Below, in pieces: positions 15,101 to 27,300 of a stretch of DNA of 64,000 nt. Every line of letters begins with the position of its first letter. Position 1 is the first letter of the stretch. The notes under the pieces are model-generated. The model saw nothing but the letters and a program-made list of their open reading frames with translations. It made no database searches and was not told the DNA's origin. The stretch is taken from the NCBI RefSeq assembly GCF_964355755.1, contig NC_092675.1, forward strand, positions 19,688,912-19,752,911, in the 5' to 3' direction. The position numbers were made by a program, and so were the translations under genes. The DNA is from Antedon mediterranea (lineage: Eukaryota > Animalia > Echinodermata).

Positions 15101-18100
15101 CTTTTAATTATTTATATGTTCTGTACACAAAATGAATGTTCATATTAATGAAAATAGTATTGCATATTAAACAAAATATGATTTACGAACAGAATAATTT
15201 GATATTGGCAATGTTTTTGTACATTTTACATACCATTAACTATTCTAACACACATGTATGTATCCTCAATTGGTGAATTATGATTCATGTGTCCTTCAGT
15301 ATTAGTTCAGGAAAATCGATATATAATGGTGATACTTTATTTTTAAAGTAAATTAAAGAATTATATTCCTAACAATGACACATTTTAAATTCTTAGCTTA
15401 CTAACCTTTTTACATTTTTGCCTTTCAATTTACATTTATATATTTATACTTTATTGAATTTTAACTATTGTGATATATTTTTTTTAATGTTTTTATGTTG
15501 CTTGTGTTGTTGAGGGCCTCTCAAAATCAGCTTATGCTGGCTGGATCACCCTCTTGAAATATTGTCAAATAAATAAAAATAAATAAATTGTATACATGGA
15601 GAGTACAAAGAAAACAAAAAGTATTGTGAAAGAATTAATGGTAATCATGACATAGTTGTTTCTGAATTCAACTCCTAAACTGGAAAAAATCATCATCATA
15701 ATCATTTTTGAATTATTTAGAACATGGGTTAAGGGCTCGTATGGAACTGATCAAGGTGCACGCCATAGCAGTACTACAGGATTTGAAATCAAAAGCAGAT
15801 TCAGCCTATAATGACATGAATGACTGGCTTGGAGTCAGATTCCTCACTGAAATGAAGAGGTAGGCAATGGTTTTACTGAAAATAAAATACTATTATATAC
15901 TACTCGCATTATATTTAGAAAATCACTTAGGACAAGAAAAATATATATGATACTGTATTTTATTTATTTTATATATTTTCTTTATGAATAAATATTTTTT
16001 GTATCTAGCATTGATTCCATGTGTGACCTGTACCATAGAGCAATTGAAAAGAGAGAGAAAATACAACAGGAGTTGATTCTATTTCAAGATGACTTCCTTG
16101 TCAATAAGGTGAGTAATAAGAAACTTTTACCTATGACCTAGACATGGTCGTCTGGGCCTAGAAATCGGCCTAAAACTACGTGACGAAGATATCCTATGTA
16201 CACAATGAATTAATTTCTTATGTCATTGTGCTAATCAATATTGTGTATACTTAACTTGAATAACTAACATTGATTAATTTATTGAACAATATACGCTTCG
16301 ACATGAAGTGTGATGTGCCCATATATTGACATGATGATGTAATATCACAACCATATTTGGTCATATCACTACAATATTTGGCCACATCACACTTTCTCTT
16401 AAACTACAATTATTAACAACCACATTACAATGCTACTATATTAAATATAACATTTATAACATTAATAATAACAATGTAATAATGATGACACAATTATATT
16501 ATAATAATAGGAGGTGAAGGTATTCCGTACACCAAGCCCACCACCCAGGCCATCACCAAGAGAGTATGACTTGCCAGACCAATATACAGTGGAAGAGATC
16601 AGGATGCTGTTGGCACAGTTCCTTAAATCAGCGCCGTCTGGTTTCCTTTCAAGCAAGGCTTTCATTGACACACTGTCAGATCTCACTGCTCTCACTGTAA
16701 GCTTTTTCCATGTTAATAGTGGTATATGGTACAGTATAATTGTAATTGGTACTGCCTTACTCCTACACAACATGTGAAGTAATTCCTGGTTGCTTATTTA
16801 TCAGAGTTATTTTATTCAATGCAACAGTGCACAGAATGAAAAAAATGATTTCCAATAATTAATTAGTTTAGGTTTTACAGTATACTTAGCAAAATATATA
16901 ACTTTATATTATGTTTTCTTTTTTTATTTTACGATAATGTCCATAAAGAAGTCAAAGTTTACAATATTTGTTTACCGCATGCTTTAAAAATGAACCGGAT
17001 TGGAATAGTATGTATATTATAAACTTTTTATTATTATAAACTGAATGTGTTTTGTTACAGCATGGAATGTCTGCTTTACCTGATTACTGGATGGCATTAA
17101 CACCTGTACAGGTCAGATTAATATTTATTTTAAGTGCAAATACATGTTTATTGTTTCCTTAACTGTCCAGGGCCGTAGCCAGCATGAGGCAGACTCTCCC
17201 CTTGTGTGAAATTTTCACTACCCACCCCAATTCCCCAGCAGAGATCATATTTTATATTTAATAATTACATTTAAAGCATCTTTGCCTCGTCTGTTTTTAA
17301 GCCGTCGCTACGGCCTTGCCTACCAATGGCACAGGCCTTTAGTTCATACATCTGATTATGGTGGTGTCTATATTCCTTAGTTAAAATCTTTTATTATGTT
17401 GACAGTGTCTATCTACCAACATGACACATGAAAACTCCACTCCCAAAGTCTTTGTTTAAGCAGAACATCTGCTGTCCTGTATATTTGTCAAGCGAATAGA
17501 TTGCAACCTATTGATCAGATTTTTTTTGATCATTTTTTTTAAAGCTCTGTCTCCACTAAATAAATGTGATGTGATGATTTGGTCATATCACTACCATATT
17601 TGGGCACATCACACTTTTATTTGTCAAACTAAGTTTGATAGTGTAGACATAGGTTAATGTTCATTTTTATTCTCTCTATCATCTACAGCTTGAGCAACTC
17701 TCCAGTACCTTGTCTTCAGATTCTGAATACATTGATTGGAGAAGGTTCCTGTTGCAAACCACTCAACCATGGACACAGCCTACACAAGCTCAGTTGCTGG
17801 AAACTCTCAGCAAATACAAAAGTATTGACAGTGAAGGTACTGGTAAAATCAGCAGACAACAGTTTGAAAAAGTGAGTACACAAAGTAAAACACAGTATAG
17901 CCTTCATTTTTTGGTTGCCTTTACTTGTTCCAACGAAAATAAAAGGTCGCGAAATAGTTGGATTTGTAAAATCATGACCATTTAGAGCAGCAAAATGGGC
18001 TATACTTTATTGTACATATGCCTTGTCATTACACTAGAATTACTGTACCTTTAAATTCAATATAACAAATTATTTGATAAACATTAAAATTTAAAAAAAA

Positions 18101-21100
18101 ACAGCAAAGCCTATTTCATTTGTAACAATTTTAATGGGCATGAATAATAAAACAACATCAATAAAAAACAAATAAAAGAAGCACAAAATGCTAATAAAAA
18201 TATTATAGGTGGCCATAGATATTTATTTAATAGATGAATGGCAAGGTTTGTTATAACAAGAAAAGTGACCTACAGTAATTGTAAGTACAGTAGTATTACA
18301 AAATATAAGTAAATGACAACATTTGCAACGAAATAGTTTTGTTTCATAATTTGAGATCTACAAAAAAAAACTTTCCTCATCGAATATTTATAACTTTTTA
18401 ATTTTTTTTTTATAGGTTGGATTATGGTTTCTATCAGAAGGGGTCACATCGACTCTACCCATTGACCCTAATGAACCTCTGCCTTATGATAGACTAGCTA
18501 ACATACTTCCTCTTGTATATGACATTTTCTGTGACTGTTCAAATCCACCTATGTTGGACTATGTCAACATGGTTAGTTTATTTATTTATTCACAATATTT
18601 AACCAGGGTGGCCCAATCAGTCAAAAAGACTGGTCTTCCTTGGGGCCCTGGGTACAATAGTACATAATGCTTATAGTACTCTGTTCCAGGGAAAGTGATT
18701 TGCAACTATTTCTTGTAAAATGATCATTATTTTCATTAGAAAATTTAAAATATGATTTAAGGTATACATCACAAAGGTTTAACCAACCAAGAGATGTGAA
18801 CATATCTTTAGGAAATGTGCATTTAATATTAATCTTTTGTCAGTACATCGATTGAATAAATTGAGGCTTTGTTTTACATTAATTTTCCAAAATACTTGAC
18901 CAAAAGTGAGTCGAATAATCAAAAGGTCAAATTTCTCTCTGCCGTGTAATATTAAATTATTTTATTAGCATGACTTTATTATATTGATATTGATTTTTTT
19001 TTCATAGCTTCTATACTTCAGCGTTTCCCCCGATTATCAAAATGGATTCTTCCGAGCACTTAGTGTTACTGCAAACACACACATGCCCAGGCCTAAAAGT
19101 GATGAGATTTTGCCTTTACAGTTAGATCCTGTTAACCCACCAACTGTCAAGGAGGTTGGTTTAATTTGTTATTTAATTAAGTACTTGATATACAGTAGAT
19201 TACCAGTGCAAAACATCCTTACAGATAATACAATAATCTACTACGTCACTAAAATTATGCTGGTAGGCCCTATTGAATAACTATATTTCAAGAATACTTA
19301 CCTGGATAAACCGGTATTACTTTTGCACCTCTATCATAATGGAATGATCTATTGTTTATTTATAATACATAATGCTTCAAATTTGCATGTATAACCCATT
19401 GGAGTTGAATAGCTACAGCTAATTGCTTGATATGTGTTTTTGTACAGATTGCTAAGTTAATGAGTGAGGCACATTCGACCGTGTATGTAGGACCACCAGA
19501 GGAAGATATTCCACAAAGTGCTACTAATGCTACTGTACCACTTGATGCTCTAGTTCAGGTAACTACTGCTAACCAGGACAAACTACTGTATATACAAGTA
19601 TAACACCTCTAAAAGTCAAACTAAAAACTTAACGTCTAATAAAATCTTTATATAGTATGTTGGATATTCAATGAGTTGGACGAACTACTGCTCAAGACAA
19701 AGTATAAACCTTTAAAATCAAATAAAGAAATACTTTGGTTATAGCCTACTAAAATCTTTATACAGTATATAGTATGTTGGATATTAGCCTAGCCTATAGC
19801 AAAGAATATATATCACAAGAATGAGTAATCCGCGATTTTTGCATTAGAAATTTGTAACAGAGAGTGATGCCTGCCCTCATAAGTACTAAATAAGATTTGG
19901 TTTAATAGATATTAAATAGTAATGTCACATTAAATAGAATTATGATAATAATATATTTTGCAATTGTAAAACATTTTATAAAACATATTTAATAACTAGT
20001 GAACATTCTACAGAAAATTATTTACCACCATGCTAATTTAAATCACAAAGAAAGGCCGAACATCAACAACAAAAATAAACCAAAATTATTCAGCTTGGCC
20101 TATGGTAAACAACAACACGCCCGGTAGCACCCGCTTGATGAAGCGAACTGTTTATTCGGCATTTTTTTACTAAATAAATAACATGAAACGAACAATTAAA
20201 TATCCAAACAGCATTTAACATAATGTTGCCATGTAGTTGAACATTTTTTATCATGAAAACACTACCAGTGATCCAGGCTTAGATTAGTGTGACCGTCACA
20301 AAAAGCTGTATACATCCTGACTTATGGCGGCACCCTACCGCATGGAAAATTTTACTGTTACATCGAAAATCGCGAATTACTCATTCTTGTGATGTATATT
20401 CTTTGCCTATAGTTACATTCAATGAGTAAGACGAACTGCTGCTCAGGACAAACTCTAAAACCTTTCAAAATAAACTGAATACTTTGGTTATGGCCTACTA
20501 AAATGTTTATACAGCATATGTTATGTTAGATATTCGCCTAGTTACATTCAATAAGAGAAATACTCTTTATTATTATTATTATTCACAAGAGTCAACTCAA
20601 GAGCTATGTAATTCAAAGGCTTAACCAGCTAAAACAAACAATTCCTACTATACAGGTTTTACATCATGGTCAGCCATTGCTTGGTGACAGTCACCGGTTC
20701 AGTGTAACCTCCGATCCAGAAGATACTTTCTCAAGAGAACGTCTGGCAGGAGTCTACCAGGAACTTGGTAGTGAAAACTTAGAGCCTATATGTTTTTATA
20801 CGTTGATGGAACATCCAATCATTCAAGATTGTCTATCGATGTGTCATCGGTTTAAGACACCAGTAAGTTGTTGGAAATTGTTTCTATTCTGGTATAAAAC
20901 AGCAAAGACAACTAAGTAAGTTGGCAGGAAACAAAAAGACAACTGAATCCCTGCGCTAAGAGCCTGTGCTCCCTGTTTAACTAGTAGTAGCATATGAAGA
21001 TATGCCTAGGCTTAGACATATTTTTGTCCATATTTCTCAAACTTAAACAATGCATTTAAGGTAATTGAGGTTGTTCAGAATGCTTATCTTTTTTTAGAAA

Positions 21101-21247
21101 CTGAATTGGATTAAAATGACACTTTTTGTTTTTAATTTATTCTTTTTTTTTAATCTTTATTATCAACAGGACATCAGGAATGTGTTGCTTTCTAATAACC
21201 CAGTATTGCAGTTGAATGACACAGACACCCAGAGTATGATGTCATGA
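138..21247 (+). CDS. SPEF2: Sperm flagellar protein 2 (SPEF2/KPL2 ortholog), 5'-partial multi-exon gene, ~40 exons in window
   Basis: Spliced peptides match SPEF2 as I recall it: RLQEDSVARKEREKRRRKILVDQLKAHEAQE, MLVNRLMRQSQQEKRIAVQLMQLRHEK...EKQYEERRIKDFEDAL, P-loop GKNFAGKS (~4195), adenylate-kinase-like GWIMDGFPATVAQAKLLEKALTG, EF-hand-like DSEGTGKISRQQF. Approximate GT-AG exons: 138-308, 1035-1119, 1372-1506, 1912-2100, 2187-2374, 2600-2673, 2804-2902, 3127-3240, 4141-4243, 4410-4559, 4763-4861, 5026-5135, 5315-5419, 5728-5981, 7082-7217, 7586-7727, 9432-9569, 9672-9741, 9928-10041, 10764-10925, 11015-11281, 11498-11635, 11838-11994, 12259-12394, 12772-12962, 13143-13190, 14502-14742, 14989-15072, 15721-15859, 16009-16108, 16511-16696, 17061-17111, 17689-17871, 18416-18571, 19008-19154, 19448-19558, 20656-20862, 21170-21247 (TGA). 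The start lies upstream of the window. Confidence 0.92.
770..1000 (-). mobile_element. 3' remnant of an RTE-clade non-LTR retrotransposon in a SPEF2 intron
   Basis: ORF 776..1027(-) contains LKYFGHIARLDGDSMEKMIMLGKRKRGRQRLRWIDGI, resembling the RTE C-terminal motif (W/YFGHxxR...GxRxRGRPxxRWxD). Confidence 0.75.
3389..3898. mobile_element. MITE, ~510 bp, ~50-bp TIRs, 3-bp AAT flanks (PIF/Harbinger-like)
   Basis: Left end AGGGAGGTTTCGCAACCTTACGAATACGATAATGAAAACGGATACGTCAC; right end is its near-perfect reverse complement (...GTGACGTATCCGTTTTCGTTATCGTATTCGGAAGATTGCGAAACCTTCCT); AAT at 3386-3388 and 3899-3901. Confidence 0.85.
6096..6698. mobile_element. Degenerate TIR element flanked by TTAA (Kolobok-like MITE)
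   Basis: TTAA|AGCTGAGGTACAGGCATAAATTT ... AAATTTTTTGCCCGCACCTGGCCT|TTAA; imperfect ~22-bp TIRs with AG..CT ends. Confidence 0.55.
7885..9370. mobile_element. Non-autonomous PIF/Harbinger-type DNA transposon, 1,486 bp
   Basis: Perfect 26-bp TIRs AGGCTGGTTTCCTGTCGACGTAAGAA / TTCTTACGTCGACAGGAAACCAGCCT; TAA TSD at 7882-7884 and 9371-9373; subterminal repeats (CGAAAGTTGA, CGGTTTCCTGTAAAATC); no ORF. Confidence 0.9.
14799..14936. mobile_element. Short palindromic MITE family (~140 bp); degenerate or partial copies at ~7311-7400, ~16305-16395, ~17543-17652
   Basis: TIR CTCTGTCTACACTATCAAACTTTATGTGACAAAAA / TTTTTGTCACATAAAGTTTGATAGTGTAGACAGAG around a core with TGTGATGTGCCCA..ATATGGTCACATCA; the same motifs recur in three other SPEF2 introns. 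Confidence 0.8.
15510..15590 (+). mobile_element. LINE (CR1/L2-group) 3'-tail remnant; a similar tail lies on - at ~18578-18650
   Basis: GAGGGCCTC...CACCCTC stem followed by an (AAAT)n tail; mirror-type arrangement (TTTA)n...CCAGGGTGGCCC...GGGGCCCTG at 18578-18650. Confidence 0.4.
17168..17318. mobile_element. Miniature TIR element (CAGGGCCGTAGC...GCTACGGCCTTG); related degenerate type at ~343-484
   Basis: 12-bp inverted ends plus an internal inverted GAGGCA/TGCCTC; no clear TSD. Confidence 0.5.
19560..20555. repeat. Degenerate ~120-bp intronic tandem repeat (~3 units) interrupted by a MITE
   Basis: AACTACTGCT..GACAAA...TAAAATCTTTATA..GTATGTTGGATATT..TTCAATGAGT recurs at ~19561, ~19683 and ~20433. 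Confidence 0.65.
19800..20405. mobile_element. P-superfamily (Galileo/THAP-type) MITE, 606 bp, 7-bp TSD
   Basis: ~40-bp TIRs CAAAGAATATATATCACAAGAATGAGTAATCCGCGATTTT / AAAATCGCGAATTACTCATTCTTGTGATGTATATTCTTTG; CA..TG termini; TSD CCTATAG at 19793-19799 and 20406-20412. Confidence 0.8.
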
Positions 21248-21786
21248 ACAGCTATATACATACTGCTGTTTTAAATATAATATATATATACAAATACAAT
21301 GTATTGAATGGAAAAAAGTGAAGAAAAATATATTACCTATTTTTATTTTCATGAGATTAGATATCAATTTTATTTGTATATAAGTTATATTTTAGCTGAC
21401 AGCAATTGTTTAACTTGAATTATTAAATCCGTCCATGAAAGTAATTTAAAATGTTATATTCTAAGAAAAAAAAATATTTGTACAGTAATATAATTGGGAT
21501 TATTTAAGAAGTGATAAGGTCAAATATAGTTCATGATTACATTGCAAAATACTTTATTACTCCAGTTGCATTGACAAGTAAGGTGTTAATCAGTTTGGTA
21601 CCAGTAGTCTCATAATGGAAGTCGATTGGTTGCAAATTTAAAAATTGATTCGCAGTATAGTGCCATTACATTTAAAATTTGTCTTTTTTTAGTATTTGAA
21701 TGAAATTTATTTATATCCAAATGAAGAGTATTTGAAATTTCAAAGAAAACATTTTTTTTTTTTACTTTTCAACAATGTAATACAAT

Positions 21787-23572
21787 CCACAATACTTTAC
21801 TCTGTGGTCCATTTACCAGGCTAGTAATCACAATGTTTACTCTGTGGTCCATTTACCAGGCTAGTAACCACAATGTTTACTCTGTGGTCCATTTACCAGG
21901 CCAGTGACCACAATGTTTACTCTGTGGTCCATGTACCAGGTTAATGACCACAATACTTTACTCTGTGGTCTATTTACCAGGCTAGTAACCACAATACTTT
22001 ACTCTGTGGTCCATTTACCAGGCTAGTAACCACAATACTTTACTCTGTGGTCCATTTACCAGGCTAGTGACCACAGTGTTCACTCTGTGGTCTATTTACC
22101 AGGCTGGTAACCACAATGTTTACTCTGTGGTCCATTTACCAGGCTAATGACCACAATACTTTACTCTGTGGTCCATTTACCAGGCTAGTAACCACAATGT
22201 TTACTCTGTGGTCCATTTACCAGGCCAGTGACCACAATGTTTACTCTGTGGTCCATTTACCAGGCTAATGACCACAATACTTTACTCTGTGGTCCATTTA
22301 CCAGGCTAGTAACCACAATGTTTACTCTGTGGTCCATTTACCAGGCCAGTGACCACAATGTTTACTCTGTGGTCCATTTACCAGGCTAATGACCACAATA
22401 CTTTACTCTGTGGTATATTTACCAGGCTGGTAACCACAATGTTTACTCTGTGGTCCATTTACCAGGCTAATGACCACAATACTTTACTCTGTGGTCCATT
22501 TACCAGGCTAGTAACCACAATGTTTACTCTGTGGTCCATTTACCAGGCTAGTAATCACAATGTTTACTCTGTGGTCCATTTACCAGGCTAGTAACCACGA
22601 TACTTTACTCTGTGGTCCATTTACCAGGCTAGTAACCACAATGTTTACTCTGTGGTCCATTTACCAGGCTGGTAACCACAATGTTTACTCTGTGGTCCAT
22701 GTACCAGGCTAGTAACCACAATACTTTATTCTGTGGTCCATTTACCAGGCTAGTGACCACAATGTTTACTCTGTGGTCCATGTACCAGGCTAGTAACCAC
22801 AATACTTTACTCTGTGGTCCATGTACCAGGCTATTAACCACAATACTTTACTCTGTGGTCCATTTACCAGGCTAGTGACCACAATGTTTACTCTGTGGTC
22901 CATTTACCAGGCTAGTAACCACAATACTTTACTATGTGGTCCATTTACCAGGCTAATGACCACAATACTTTACTCCGTGGTCCATTTACCAGGCTAGTAA
23001 TCACAATGTTTACTCTGTGGTCCATTTACCAGGCTAGTAACCACAATACTTTGCTCTGTGGTCCATTTACCAGGCTAGTGACCACAATGTTTACTCTGTG
23101 GTCCATGTACCAGGTTAATGACCACAATACTTTACTCTGTGGTCTATTTACCAGGCTAATAACCACAATACTTTACTCTGTGGTCCATTCACCAGGCTAG
23201 TAACCACAATACTTTACTCTGTGGTCCATTTACCAGGCTAGTAACCACAATACTTTACTCTGTGGTCCATTTACCAGGCTAGTGACCACAGTGTTCACTC
23301 TGTGGTCTATTTACCAGGCTGGTAACCACAATGTTTACTCTGTGGTCCATTTACCAGGCTAATGACCACAATACTTTACTCTGTGGTCCATTTACCAGGC
23401 TAGTAACCACAATGTTTGCTCTGTGGTCCATTTACCAGGCCAGTGACCACAATGTTTACTCTGTGGTCCATTTACCAGGCTAATGACCACAATACTTTAC
23501 TATGTGGTCCATTTACCGGGCTAGTAACCACAATGTTTACTCTGTGGTCCATTTACCAGGCTAGTAACCAAT
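21787..23572. repeat. Tandem satellite, ~44 units of 40/41 bp
   Basis: Unit CCACAAT(G/AC)TTTACTCTGTGGTCCATTTACCAGGCTAGTAA; 40- and 41-bp variants often alternate, giving the 81-bp (27-codon) period of the spurious ORFs at 22349, 22681 and 22934. Confidence 0.97.
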
Positions 23573-24230
23573 TTTTTATTTGTTTTTAATGTGGCGAAAG
23601 GTAAACATGTTAAGCTATAAACATTACGTAAACGAGCATTTCATGGTAAAACAAATAAACTCGGAATGGATGCTATTGTAAAGTCTTATTTTTTGTCTAA
23701 TTTTACATTTTAGATGTCAAAGGCCTGGAAAAAAGAAGTTATAATAATGCATTTACCAGGCAGTTATTTTTTATCGTATGTAACATTTTAAACTGATGCA
23801 TTGTGTCATGGTTTTTATTTGACAACTATTTAGTGGCTGTTTGCATAAATGTGTATCCTTTATTTAAAATATTATCCTTTGAATTCAATGAATAACAATT
23901 TTGAAAGGGTTAAATAAATGAATATTCTTATAACCATAAACCCTTTCTATAATATACTAATAATAAAATATTAATATTTATTTTGTTTTCAAATATTGAA
24001 TTCTTTATGAGTTTCCTATTGCAGAATGAGGTCAAAAGAATAGTAAATTCTCATAAAATATTCTTATTGATAAAATAGCTTTAGGGGGGTGGATACATAA
24101 GCAGTAGACATTTGAAACCACATGGTCATGGAGACTATCTGGTTTCATCTTAGCAAAATAACAATACTGCATTACTTCAGACCTATTAAATATTTATATC
24201 TATCTTTAACCAATCAATTATACGTGTACG

Positions 24231-24251
24231 GTAGTCATGGTTACTTGTAAT
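24231..24251 (+). promoter_or_regulatory. Conserved upstream motif of the lectin genes (also 45071-45091 and the equivalent positions in copies 3 and 4)
   Basis: GTAGT(C/T)ATGGTTACTTGTAAT lies 104-106 bp upstream of the ATG in both the divergent copy 1 and copies 2-4, in otherwise poorly alignable flanks. Confidence 0.45.
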
Positions 24252-24336
24252 GCATTGGTTTTTTTAATGGATCTTTCAACATTCAAAACGCATCAACTTG
24301 TATGAATCAACATCATTAAGAGTTCGATCTACAATA

Positions 24337-27300
24337 ATGTTGCTTTTTTACTTCTTTTCTGTTATATCTGGCATTGATAGTGGTAAGTTTATTTACAATT
24401 AAAAAGTAATAACTATAGTTTAATGTACCTTAATTTTTGTCGTCTGTTTACTGTACCTTATTGTTTTCGCCTTTTTATATGTACAGTAGCTTAATTTTGT
24501 TCGATTTTTTTTAAATGTACCTTAATGTTTTTCATCTTTTTTTTCCTGTACCTTAATGTTTTGTTTTCTTTCTCTTTTGTGGTTAACCACCACCTTTATT
24601 CATTCAATATTTCATACATATTTCGTTCACATTTCATTTTCATACATTAAATTTCCGTTTTCTACTTTTTTCGTTATTTTCTGATTTTTACTCTTTTAAC
24701 CTTTATACATATAGTGTTTTGATTATATGCATACAAAAACCATAACAATCTACACTTCATTTTGTACATGATATAATACTGTACATTTTAAAATACAAAT
24801 ATGGATGCCACTTATAAGTTACAACATGCCTAGTGTATTCATATCTTTTAAAATATATTTAAACTGAATCCAGGGATTCTGGCATACAGGTTTTTTAGGT
24901 TCAGTTTTAATTTTAATTATGTATATGACGTACACAGCTATTGAATACAATTGATTTTTTAATTGACATTTACTTCCTAAAAGGAGTTCTTTGAACGAGC
25001 TACTGCTGTTATCTAGCTTTTTAAATATATTGTCAATTTTTTTCCACAGTATTTGATTACGTCTACAATAATAAAATATATGTTTTTCGTCTTCAATGAC
25101 TCCACAATTGTTACATATGTTATTATTTTTCAGTTTCCAGTACCTTAATGTTTGTCTTTTCACTGTTACATACTTTTCGTCTTTTTAGTCGCGTGGAAGC
25201 GACTCTATAGTTCACTATGTCGGTCGGTCGGTCTGTCTGTCGGTCTGTCTGTCGGTCTGTCTGTCGGTCTGTCTGTCTGTCGGTCCGGTATCACTGTGCG
25301 TTTTATCGCTTTATGACCTTATCTTGATATCAGTTTAATCTAGCTAAGTCAATTTTTCACAGAATATTCCTTATGGCCAGGAATCGATGTGGTTATGTTT
25401 TCACGGTGCGCAATAAAAAATTACGCGGTCTACGCACGATTTAACGAAATCACGTTTGTAATCATATCTTAACAACCATGAATCACAATTAAATAAAATT
25501 TGGTACTCATAAATTTCAGGGCATAAATCATCATATGGCAATACAATTACGTGCGTAGCGCATGTAACGCATGCGTAAGCGCGCTTAAAATTTTCACAAT
25601 TTATTTTCGATGAAATAAGAGTACGTTTCAGGCAATTTTAAGCGTTTACAAAATTGCCATGAGTGCGCATATTTTTGCGCGCGCACTGCGCGTTAAATGT
25701 TATTGCGCACTCTTCTTGCCCGATTTCTGTTTTCTTGACTTACTTTTCAACTCGAAATTACGTTATACGAGCACGTCAAAAGTGACAGGCTACGCACGTG
25801 TAAATTAAAAAAATATAAATGTTTTTAAACATTTCAACATTTTTAAACATGTTCAGTAATTTCGGTCAGTATAGTTCACTATGTCGGTCGGTCCGTCTGT
25901 CTGTCGGTCTGTCTGTCTGTCGGTCTGTTTGTCTGTCGGTCCGGTATCACTATGCATTGTAGCACGCGACTTAATGGCTGTTGGCCTTGTTACTGTATAC
26001 CTTAATGTTTTCCATCATTTTTACTGTACCTTAAAGCTTTTCGTCTTTTTTCCTGTTAACTTAATGTTTTTCATCTGTTTTTCCCTGTACCTTAATGTTT
26101 TTCGTCTTTTTTAATGTACCTTAATGGGTTTAATGTACCTTAATGTTTTCCGTCTTTTTTAATGTATTTTAATGTTTTTTATTGTTTTTACAATACCTTC
26201 ATGTTTTTTTTTCTTTTTATAATACCTAAATGTTTTTCATCTTTTTAATGTACACTACATTAATTTTTTTCGATTTTTTTAAAACTGTACCTTAATGTTT
26301 TTCGTCTTTTTTAATGTACCTTAATTGGGTTTTTTTTACTGTACACCTTAATACTTTTCATCTTTTTTACTGTATAGGCCTACCATAATGCTTTTTATTA
26401 TTTTTAATGTATCTTAATGTTTTTCATCTTTTTTACTGTATACCTTATAACTTTTCCTCTTTTTTACTGTATACCATAATGCTTTTCGTCTTTTTTCCTT
26501 TTACCTTAATGCTTTTTATCTTTTTTAACGTATCTTAATGTTTTTCATATTTTTAATGTACCTTAAAGTTCGTTTTTTCTACAGTACCTTAATGTCAGTG
26601 TGCTTAATGTGTTCCTCTTTTTCAATGTAACCACTGAAGTATACCATGTTTTTGTAATCAATTTTACTGAATTTTTGGTATATTATAATGAAAGCTTTCT
26701 TATTTGCAGCATACTTGTCCTACAAAGCACAGGCGACTTCAACTGCATATGTATATGCGAATGAGGCAGCATTTGCAACCGATGGGCTTGATTATTCAGT
26801 TTTTAATGCGTCCAATTGTTATCATTCCAGTAAGCTATTCACAGTCTGTGTCAAAGTGCTACTTATTATCGTGTGCTTAATCAACCTAAGTAATTGTAGT
26901 CTTAGTATAATGTTACCAATGAGTAGAATATTTAGTTTGCTGTTGTTAATTAGTAACAACAGTCAGCTGTCAGCTCTTAAAAAGGAATGGAAAACATACT
27001 ACGGATGTTCACGAGATACTAGAGGAACAAATTAGATTCTATGAACATCTGTATTCAAATAAAATTCTAACAGAAAATGAAATAAATAAATATTTACGAA
27101 ATACTACAGTTAAAAAACTATCAGAAAAAGATAAAATAGAATGTGAGGGAATATTAACAGAAGGAGAACTAACAAAAGCAATATCTAACATGAAGTTGAA
27201 TAAAAGTCCGGGTTCCGATGGACTAAGTGTCGAATTCTATCGTCATTTTTGGGAATATCTAAAAGATATTTTGTGTAATTCTTTAAATTACAGTTACAAC

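Larger units (their letters stand above)
24420..26600. repeat. Degenerate ~28-30-bp minisatellite filling intron 1 of copy 1, split by two inserted elements
   Basis: TGTACCTTAATGTTTTTC(G/A)TCTTTTTT(A/TAC) repeated at 24420-24560, 25140-25186 and 25990-26600. Confidence 0.8.

Noticed and set aside
21787-23572. CRISPR-like array or repeat-protein ORFs (22349, 22629, 22681, 22934)
   Set aside because: Units are head-to-tail with no unique spacers, there are no cas genes and the context is eukaryotic; the ORFs are by-products of the 81-bp dimer period.
26688-27035. Standalone 115-aa ORF or lectin-LINE fusion
   Set aside because: It is exon 2 read through its GT donor (26830) into the intron; it is in a different frame from LINE ORF2 and stops at 27035.
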